A stretch of DNA of 53,420 bases from positions 1 to 53,420 of the forward strand of contig JBKJZI010000213.1 in assembly GCA_046715155.1 (NCBI GenBank), in the 5' to 3' direction. The DNA is from Chthonomonadales bacterium. GTDB lineage: Bacteria > Armatimonadota > Chthonomonadetes > Chthonomonadales > CAJBBX01. The notes under the pieces were generated by a model. It was given only the letters and a program-made list of their open reading frames with translations, was not told the origin of the DNA and made no database searches. Positions 46,380 to 53,420 of this stretch are shown one piece after another. Made by a program: the position numbers and the translations under genes. Position 1 is the stretch's first letter. The number at the start of each line of letters is the position of its first letter.

Positions 46380-48503
46380 TCAGGCCGCCAATTGACTGGT
46401 GAGCTCGGCGGATTCCGTCACCGGCTGGTTGCAGACGTAGTTCTCACAGACATATGCGGCCGGGCGGCCGGAAATGAGGCCGCGCTCGGCGAGCAGCGGG
46501 ATCCGGGCGGAGGCAGAATCGCCGGGTTCAGCCGCAACGAGGACAGCGTTAGGCCGAAATTCGCTGCGCACTGTCCTTATCAACTCGCGGGTCTCGGAAT
46601 CCTCCAACGCCCCGACGATTGCGATCTCCTTTACCGGCCCGATGAAGAAATCCGCCGCGCAAAGCAGACGGCCGAACGCTTGCGGATGCCGTTCCAAGGC
46701 AGCTTTTGCTCTCCGCAGCACGTCCGCTGCCCGATTCCGCTGAGACGTGTCCCCGGTCAGGACGGCAAGTCTCAGCATCACGTCGACCGCGACGGAATTC
46801 CCGGCCGGTGTCGCGTTGTCTGACTCATCTTTGGGCCGAACCGCCAGCGTCTCCGCGTCCGTTGCCGTGTCGAAGAATCCGCCAGACGGGTCAGCGAACC
46901 AGTCGACCATTCGGCCGGCTAAATCGGTGGCCCTTTCGAGATAATGCCGCTCAAATGTCGCTTCATAAAGCCGCAGCAACCCATCGGCCAGGCACGCGTA
47001 GTCTTCCAGGAATCCGGGAATCGGCGCGACTCGGAAACCCGCAGAATCCAGCAGCGGATGATCAGACTCCACTCCGCCGGAACTGTCGGCCGTCGTCCGT
47101 CGTCGGTCGTCACTCTTTCCCGTCCGCATCACCCGCCCTTCGCGCACCATCGTCGCGAGCAAGAACTCGGCGTTGTTGACGGCGGTCTGAACGTAATCCG
47201 CCCGTTCCAGGACCGCGCCTGCGTCGGCGAACGCAGCCATCATCATCCCGTTCCAGGAAGTCACGATCTTTTCGTCGCGGCCGGGCTTAATTCGGCTTTC
47301 ACGTCGATCGAAGAGCCGGCGGCGCATTTCCGCCAGACGCACATCAAGATCCGCAGGGTCCATGCCTTCAGATCGGGCAAACGCATCTGTAGCTGCCGCG
47401 ATGTTCAGGATGTTCTTCTCCTCGAAGTTACCTCTATCCGTTACATCATAGAAGCGGCTGAAAAGCGCCGCGCCTTCGCCCAAAACTTCCTTGACCTCCT
47501 GCGGGGTCCAGACGAAGAACTTTCCCTCGACCCCTTCGCTGTCCGCATCCTGTGTTGAGTAAAATCCTCCCAAAGGCGAGGTCATCTCGCGCCGAACGTA
47601 GTCCAGCGTCTCCTCCACTATCCGCCGATACAGCGAGTCCTTTGTCATCTGATATGCCCGCAAGTAGGTGTGCGCGAGCTGGGCGTTGTCGTAGAGCATC
47701 TTTTCGAAGTGCGGAACCAGCCAGTGCGCGTCCGTTGAGTAGCGGTGGAATCCGCCTCCGAGCTGGTCGTACATGCCCCCGAACGCCATCTTCTCGAGCG
47801 TGAACTCCGCCATGCGCAGCGGCTCTTCCCTCTTCATACGGCGAGCGTAACGTAGAAGAAAGTCCAGGATCATCGGTTGTGGAAACTTGGGAGCGCCGCC
47901 GAATCCACCGAACCGCGCATCAAACCCCTGACGGATTCGCTCGTAGGCAGAATCGAGAAGATCAGGAGTCACCGGCTCCGGGGGCAGGTCCAGGACGGAC
48001 CCACGCTTCATCTCTAGGAGGAGTTGCACTCCCTGCTCCTCCACTTCCGCGCGGCGATTCCGCCAGGCCTCGACGACTGACTCAAGCACGCGAGGAAATC
48101 CGGGTCGGCCGTACATATCCGTCGGCGGATAGTACGTCCCACCATAGAACGGCTTACCTTCCGGGGTGAGGAACACCGTCATCGGCCAGCCGCCCTGACC
48201 CGTCATCATCTGAACCGCGTTCATGTAGATCTGATCGATGTCCGGCCGCTCCTCGCGGTCGACTTTGATACTGACGAAGTGGGCGTTCATGATGGCGGCG
48301 ATCTCCGGATTCTCGAAGCTTTCGCGCTCCATCACGTGGCACCAGTGGCACGCGGAATACCCGACGGAAAGCAGAATCGGCTTCGCTTCGAGCCGTGCCT
48401 TCTTCAGCGCCTCCTCGCCCCAGGGAAACCAGTCTACGGGGTTGTGCATATGTTGCTGAAGGTAGGGACTGGTCTCGTTAGAAAGCCGGTTCGTATACCT
48501 CAT
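46380..48503 (-). CDS. YyaL/SSP411 thioredoxin-domain protein (DUF255 + alpha/alpha barrel)
   Basis: [14 protein letters not shown]; [11 protein letters not shown]; [11 protein letters not shown]; AYVCENYVC. Confidence 0.95.
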   Translation of the reverse strand: MRYTNRLSNETSPYLQQHMHNPVDWFPWGEEALKKARLEAKPILLSVGYSACHWCHVMERESFENPEIAAIMNAHFVSIKVDREERPDIDQIYMNAVQMMTGQGGWPMTVFLTPEGKPFYGGTYYPPTDMYGRPGFPRVLESVVEAWRNRRAEVEEQGVQLLLEMKRGSVLDLPPEPVTPDLLDSAYERIRQGFDARFGGFGGAPKFPQPMILDFLLRYARRMKREEPLRMAEFTLEKMAFGGMYDQLGGGFHRYSTDAHWLVPHFEKMLYDNAQLAHTYLRAYQMTKDSLYRRIVEETLDYVRREMTSPLGGFYSTQDADSEGVEGKFFVWTPQEVKEVLGEGAALFSRFYDVTDRGNFEEKNILNIAAATDAFARSEGMDPADLDVRLAEMRRRLFDRRESRIKPGRDEKIVTSWNGMMMAAFADAGAVLERADYVQTAVNNAEFLLATMVREGRVMRTGKSDDRRRTTADSSGGVESDHPLLDSAGFRVAPIPGFLEDYACLADGLLRLYEATFERHYLERATDLAGRMVDWFADPSGGFFDTATDAETLAVRPKDESDNATPAGNSVAVDVMLRLAVLTGDTSQRNRAADVLRRAKAALERHPQAFGRLLCAADFFIGPVKEIAIVGALEDSETRELIRTVRSEFRPNAVLVAAEPGDSASARIPLLAERGLISGRPAAYVCENYVCNQPVTESAELTSQLAA
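47083..47110 (-). repeat. (ACGACGG)4-like heptamer array inside CDS
   Basis: Plus strand ctgtcgg ccgtcgt ccgtcgt cggtcgt; encodes DDRRRTTAD. Confidence 0.75.
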
Positions 48504-48820
48504 GGCAAAGTCCGAAAGCCGAATCTCATGCGGAATGGGATTGCATAACCGCCTGGCAACGCGCATATAGGCTGAGAACCTCGACCGCACGCGGGTTTCG
48601 CCATTGTACCGCGTATCTAGAGGTCACGACTCTTCCTCTGGTTCGTTCACTGGAATCGAAGACTGCCGCGGATGGATTGTTACCAGTTTCACGCAGGAAC
48701 TGTTAAGCAGGAATGACACAATACGAAGCCCGCGGTCGTCTTATTAAGTGTTCGCCGCGGGAGCATGGCATATTGCAAATGACCCCGCGAACCGATAATC
48801 AGTGCAGGGAGACGAACTCG

Positions 48821-48958
48821 ATGTTGAGATACGCTCATAATACGGAACTTGACCGTATACGCCGGTCACACCGGAAGATGCAACTCGTTTGCGCGGTTCT
48901 TCTTCCCGTGGAAATAGCCGGCCTGGCTTACCTTCTGAATTACCTGTTCACCGTCTAG
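48821..48958 (+). CDS. 45-aa protein with a C-terminal TM helix
   Basis: GGGAG RBS; MLRYAHN...VLLPVEIAGLAYLLNYLFTV; has its own terminator. Confidence 0.55.
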   Translation: MLRYAHNTELDRIRRSHRKMQLVCAVLLPVEIAGLAYLLNYLFTV

Positions 48959-48981
48959 AATTCCCCAGGTGGGATCATAGT

Positions 48982-49016
48982 GCGAGGCGGGCCTCTTCGG
49001 GGCCGCCTCGCTTTTT
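48982..49016 (+). terminator. Intrinsic terminator
   Basis: GCGAGGCGG...TTCG...CCGCCTCGC followed by TTTTT. Confidence 0.85.
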
Positions 49017-49046
49017 CGTGGCTGCCGCAGCGAGGGCTGGATTACC

Positions 49047-49076
49047 TTGACCGTCTATTCTTGGCAGTGCTATACT
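49047..49076 (+). promoter_or_regulatory. Sigma70 promoter of the pmm-moeA operon
   Basis: TTGACC-18-TATACT with extended -10 TG. Confidence 0.65.
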
Positions 49077-49134
49077 CGCCGCGTCTTTCATCCCCGCAGT
49101 CCACGTATTCCCGTGTGAGAGGAGACCCACTTTC

Positions 49135-50550
49135 GTGGTCGATGCTCGTGTATTCCGGTCTTACGACATCCGGGCTCTCGTCCCTGACCTCGTGGACTCG
49201 GAATCCGCCTATCACGGCAAGCTCGATGACCCTAAAGCATTCAACGCCCCCCTGGAATGCGACGGCGTAGAGGAGATCGGTCGCGGGCTTGCGGAGCTTT
49301 TCGCAGCCCCGTTGGTTGCCGTGGGCCGTGATTCCCGACTCTCCGGCCCGGACTGGGCAGAATCGCTCGCCGCCGGTCTCAACTCCCAGGGCGTGGACGT
49401 GCTGGACCTCGGGCTAACTACGACGGACATGATCTATTTCATTTCCGGTTCTCGCGGCCTTCCCGCGGTGCAGATCACCGCCTCGCATTGCACCAAAGAG
49501 CTGAACGGCATGAAGATAGTCCGCGGCGGCGCGCGCATTGTCGGCACGGGATCTGGTATGGAAGAGCTGCGGGACATCGTGCTGTCCCATCGTTATTCCC
49601 GACCCCATCATGCGGGCGTACGCCGAAGTGAGGACATTCTACCGGAATACCTGGGCCACCTGCTCAAGTTCGTGGACGTGACATCGCTCCGCGATTGGAG
49701 GGTCATTGGCGACGCGGGGAATGGCGTAGGCGGAATTGTTGCGAAAGGGCTGGCCGAACGACTCTCCGGGCTCACATTGGAGCCAATGTTTTTCGAGCCT
49801 GATGGCCGCTTCCCTAATCACGACGCAAATCCGTTCGAGGTTGAGAACATCCGTGAGCTGATCGCTCGCGTGCCAGCCGAAGGCGCCGATTTCGGCGTGG
49901 CGTGGGACGGTGACGCGGACAGGGTCTATTTCGTGGACGAGAAAGGCGGGTACATTCCAGGAGATTTCATTACGGCGCTCGTGGCAAGGTACTTTCTGAA
50001 GCGGCATCCTGGTGATGCAGTTGTGTACGATGTGCGCTCGTCCTGGGCCGTGAAGCACTGGATTGAGAAGTTGGGCGGACGGCCGGTTCCGGAACGCGTA
50101 GGGCATTCGTACATCAAGCAGACCATGCGCCGCGAGAACGCGGTCTTTGGCGGCGAGGTGAGCGGCCACTATTACTTCAGAGACCATTACTATGCCGACA
50201 ACGGATTCATCCCCCTCCTGGCGATTCTGACGATGCTCTCTGAAAGCCGCGGCACGATGAGCGAGCTTATAGCTAGCCTCGGGAGCTATTACGTATCCGG
50301 AGAGATAAATTCCACCGTTCCGGACACCCAGGAGGCGCTGCGCCGAATTGAAAGCCGATATGAAGATGGCCGACTCGACTTTACCGATGGAATCAGCGTT
50401 GACTATCCCGCCTGGCACTTCAACGTGCGGCCTTCTGCCAACGACCCCGTCCTCCGGCTCAATCTTGAAGCTACCAGCCAGGAAATGATGCAGCAGAAAC
50501 GCGACGAAGTACTCGCCGTAATCCGAGCCGCTCCAGGGATTCCGGACTAG
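49135..50550 (+). CDS. Phosphomannomutase/phosphoglucomutase
   Basis: FRSYDIR; ITASH; WDGDADR; GGEVSGH; VRPSANDP. Confidence 0.93.
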   Translation: MVDARVFRSYDIRALVPDLVDSESAYHGKLDDPKAFNAPLECDGVEEIGRGLAELFAAPLVAVGRDSRLSGPDWAESLAAGLNSQGVDVLDLGLTTTDMIYFISGSRGLPAVQITASHCTKELNGMKIVRGGARIVGTGSGMEELRDIVLSHRYSRPHHAGVRRSEDILPEYLGHLLKFVDVTSLRDWRVIGDAGNGVGGIVAKGLAERLSGLTLEPMFFEPDGRFPNHDANPFEVENIRELIARVPAEGADFGVAWDGDADRVYFVDEKGGYIPGDFITALVARYFLKRHPGDAVVYDVRSSWAVKHWIEKLGGRPVPERVGHSYIKQTMRRENAVFGGEVSGHYYFRDHYYADNGFIPLLAILTMLSESRGTMSELIASLGSYYVSGEINSTVPDTQEALRRIESRYEDGRLDFTDGISVDYPAWHFNVRPSANDPVLRLNLEATSQEMMQQKRDEVLAVIRAAPGIPD

Positions 50551-50552
50551 CA

Positions 50553-51806
50553 ATGCTATCCGTTCAGGAGGCGCAGGAAGCCCTGCTGAGTGGGCTGCGG
50601 CCACTCACTTCGATACGCTTAAAGCTGCTTGAGGCTATCGGCTACTCGCTCGCTGAAGACGTCTATGCGGACATCGACAACCCGCCATTCGATAACTCTG
50701 CGGTGGACGGATTCGCCGTGAGGAGCGAGGACATGGCGGGAGCGTCGCCCGAGAATCCCGTGACACTCGTGCTTGTGGACGAAGTCTCCGCCGGCGTAGT
50801 ATCGACGAAAACGGTCCCGCGCGGTGGCTGTATTAGGATAATGACCGGCGCGCCGATTCCGAGTGGAGCCGATGCCATAGTAATGGTCGAAGACACGCAA
50901 ACCACAGCCGGCAGGATAGAAGTAACGCATCCGGCGCGATCGGGAGATCACGTCCGAAACGCCGGCAGGGATGTACGACGTGGACAGCTAGTAGTCAGAG
51001 CCGGCTCACGGATCCAGGGTCCTGAAGTTGGGATGCTCGCGGCCATGGGGCGCGCCGAGGTAATGGTCACTCGCCGCCCACGCGTCGCAGTCATTTCGAC
51101 CGGCGACGAGGTAGTCGAGATTGCCACCCGTCCCGGGCCGGGTCAGATTCGCAATTCGAATGGCTACGCGCTCGCCGCCCTGGTCGCGGAAGCTGGCGGG
51201 GATCTTCACTCGATGACTCACATTCCCGATGACGAACGTGAAACGGAGGAGGCGCTGCGCGCAGCCTCTGGAATTGACGGTGGGGAAGGTGCGGACGTAA
51301 TCGTCACTTCCGGAGGAGTCTCGGTTGGAGAGAAGGATTTCGTCAAGCCCGCCTTGGAACAGCTTGGGACGCTCGACTTCTGGCGCGTGAATATGAAACC
51401 GGGCAAGCCCATCGCAGTAGGCAGGATCGCGGAGTCGCTCTTTTTCGGGCTTCCCGGCAATCCGGTCTCGACCATGGTCACGTTCGAACTCTTCGTCCGT
51501 CCCGCGCTGCGCAAGCTTTTCGGCCAGAACGACGTTTTCCGTCCCTGCGTTCAAGTCACATTGACGGAGGGATTCAATCGGTCACCCGGTCGCGAGGAGT
51601 ACGTTCGAGCAAAGGTTCTAGCCTCCGATTATGGCCTTTCGGCGAAACCGACCGGCGCCCAAGGATCCGGAGTCCTTTCCTCGATGCTCGGCGCTAACGC
51701 ACTGCTTGTTCTGCCGCCTGACGCCGAAACGCTTGCCGCCGGCGACCGCGTGACGGCCCTCCTTTTCGATCTGCCTGAATCCGCCGGCACGGAAAAGGCT
51801 TCCTGA
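50553..51806 (+). CDS. moeA: Molybdopterin molybdotransferase
   Basis: PPFDNSAVDGFA; IMTGAPIP; STGDE; TSGGVSVGEKD; GLPGNPVS. Confidence 0.95.
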   Translation: MLSVQEAQEALLSGLRPLTSIRLKLLEAIGYSLAEDVYADIDNPPFDNSAVDGFAVRSEDMAGASPENPVTLVLVDEVSAGVVSTKTVPRGGCIRIMTGAPIPSGADAIVMVEDTQTTAGRIEVTHPARSGDHVRNAGRDVRRGQLVVRAGSRIQGPEVGMLAAMGRAEVMVTRRPRVAVISTGDEVVEIATRPGPGQIRNSNGYALAALVAEAGGDLHSMTHIPDDERETEEALRAASGIDGGEGADVIVTSGGVSVGEKDFVKPALEQLGTLDFWRVNMKPGKPIAVGRIAESLFFGLPGNPVSTMVTFELFVRPALRKLFGQNDVFRPCVQVTLTEGFNRSPGREEYVRAKVLASDYGLSAKPTGAQGSGVLSSMLGANALLVLPPDAETLAAGDRVTALLFDLPESAGTEKAS

Positions 51807-51809
51807 CTG

Positions 51810-53420
51810 ATGGCGCGCAAGCTTCGCGTCCTTCGGTTACCGCTTGCCTTTGCCGTCGTCGCATCGCTCCTGTCGTTCTATCCGCTTTGCCTTGAAACAT
51901 ATAGACTGGTCCTGGGGGAGGACGCGCCGCTAAGCACGGAAGGAGAGAGTGGTCATATTCTTCCCATCCCGAGGGCGCTGCTCTGGTCACCCGCTACGAA
52001 AAACCTGGTCAGCAGCCTCTCTCTACTTCCACCGGGCGCTGTGATCGCGCTGGCAATAGTCCTCTTTTCTATCCTCGTCTTCGGAATGCTGCGGACACTC
52101 AACCCGACGTTCCGCCTGACCACCGGCGTGGAAATGGACCGGACGGTCCTCACCAAAACGTACATGCACACGGCTCCCCTGATTAAAGCGTTCCTCATCT
52201 TTATGGCAGCGCTCGTGCCCCTCTTTATTCTCTGGGCGGCCCTGCACTACCTCACCGGAAGCTCATCTCCGGCGCTCGCCGTTCGCTTGAGCCTTTGTGG
52301 CGCGGCAGCCTGGCTGCTCTTCAGTCGCGATGGCCTGGCGGGGGATTACGAGAGCCTGAACTACGAGCTTCCGCGCGATCCCCGAACCGTGCGGTCGCTG
52401 CTTCTACGCGGCGCGTGCGCGGGCTTGGGTCTCGCCGTCACCGTCTCGCTTTGGCGCTATACCGCGTCGCGAGAACTGTTCGATTTCTTCCACTCGCTGG
52501 GGAGTATCGGCGAAGGGCACTGGCGGACCATCGCAGCTATCACGTGCGGCACGGCGGCGATCCTCGGATTCGCAAGCGGTGCGCTCCTTATATCGCTCGG
52601 TCGACCAACCGGCGGCCTGCCACCTCGCGTTATCCCCGGATCGGCCGGAATTGTCTGCCTGGCGATGGTTTACTTTGGCCGGAGCATAGCCATGCCGTCC
52701 TATCTCGAATCCAGATACGATTACGATCCAATGAGGGGCGCCACCGATTCAGAAGGAATCACAAGAGGGGCCAGGCGCCTGGCGAAGCTCGCGAGCGTAC
52801 CGTTAGGAACGGACGAAATGGAGACGATTCTTATCTTTAGGCGGAGTCGTGTAGCGGCTTGGAGCGTACCGCTGAGATCGATCACCGGAATTGACGCTCG
52901 GCCGGAATCCGCCGACCGTATCGAGCGCTATTTGAGTGGGCGAAACTACGTGACGTCGCTCGCCGACGCGGCGTACAAAACGTCACATGACGCCGCGTCT
53001 CTGCGCTGGGATAGCGAAGCGCTGTTGCGCCTACAGCTTCAGAATCTCGAGCGCTCGCCGGATATTGCTTACGCTCGGCTGCTAGCTGCCAAGCTCCGGT
53101 CCTCGGCGAGCACCTCTGTATCGCTGAAATTCGCCGACCTGCTTGCCGACGAGACGCGTTTCACCTTTGTGACTCGTGATGCGAAGATGGCGGTCGGTGA
53201 TATCTTTGCGCGGCTGGGCGAGAAAGCCAAGGCAGAAGTTTGGTTTCGCAAGGCAGGGGTTCCAGCAGCCAGGCTGCCGGAGGTGCTCGCGGCAAGAACC
53301 ATGTTTGCAGACGGGAAGATCACCGGCCGGCTCCTTCTGAACGGTAGACCGCTTGTGGACGCCCGCGTGGGTCTCGTCCCTTTCGCCACACTTCGCGAAG
53401 CCGCCGTCACTACGAACACG
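51810..53420 (+). CDS. Multi-TM membrane protein with a large C-terminal domain (partial, runs off the window)
   Basis: ATG 51810 opens a frame I read without a stop to the end (MARKLRVLRLPLAFAVV...GKITGRLLLNGRPLVDARVGL); several hydrophobic helices; absent from the ORF track. Confidence 0.8.
   Translation, partial: MARKLRVLRLPLAFAVVASLLSFYPLCLETYRLVLGEDAPLSTEGESGHILPIPRALLWSPATKNLVSSLSLLPPGAVIALAIVLFSILVFGMLRTLNPTFRLTTGVEMDRTVLTKTYMHTAPLIKAFLIFMAALVPLFILWAALHYLTGSSSPALAVRLSLCGAAAWLLFSRDGLAGDYESLNYELPRDPRTVRSLLLRGACAGLGLAVTVSLWRYTASRELFDFFHSLGSIGEGHWRTIAAITCGTAAILGFASGALLISLGRPTGGLPPRVIPGSAGIVCLAMVYFGRSIAMPSYLESRYDYDPMRGATDSEGITRGARRLAKLASVPLGTDEMETILIFRRSRVAAWSVPLRSITGIDARPESADRIERYLSGRNYVTSLADAAYKTSHDAASLRWDSEALLRLQLQNLERSPDIAYARLLAAKLRSSASTSVSLKFADLLADETRFTFVTRDAKMAVGDIFARLGEKAKAEVWFRKAGVPAARLPEVLAARTMFADGKITGRLLLNGRPLVDARVGLVPFATLREAAVTTNT

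Noticed and set aside
2336-47110. Shared CnnA pattern among the heptamer units
   Set aside because: Easily met by chance given free rotation and strand choice, and TTATCAA does not fit

Overview
GC-rich bacterial chromosomal segment; gene content suggests an Armatimonadota/Planctomycetota-like organism (inference only). Left to right: a lipoprotein; an M24 peptidase; a cluster of two planctomycete-type DUF1549/DUF1553 cytochrome proteins, two DUF1501 proteins, a sulfatase and a DUF362 protein; a Bpt/ATE transferase; a RES toxin with only a 25-codon antitoxin-like ORF; an RraA-like protein; a glycoside-hydrolase-like protein; a methyltransferase; a decayed tRNA-Met; an AfsR/BTAD-ATPase-TPR regulator with secreted proteins; a receiver-less PhoB-like gene preceded by four Pho-box-like repeats; SPFH and CNNM/CorC genes; a DNA-methyltransferase remnant whose core is replaced by a 102-bp TIR element; a TPR-ExbB-ExbD-(TonB-like TM/Gly-repeat/vWA) operon; a MarR-TolC-MacAB-type efflux operon; fdx-iscS; a D-aminoacylase; a HAD hydrolase; YyaL; PMM/PGM; moeA; and a membrane protein running off the end. 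The most striking non-gene signal is about 16 short 6-9-mer tandem arrays, each locus with its own unit, often arranged as G-rich arm / spacer / inverted C-rich arm. They sit both in-frame in protein loops and in operon junctions. Four or five apparent +1 homopolymer frameshifts are probably sequencing errors.
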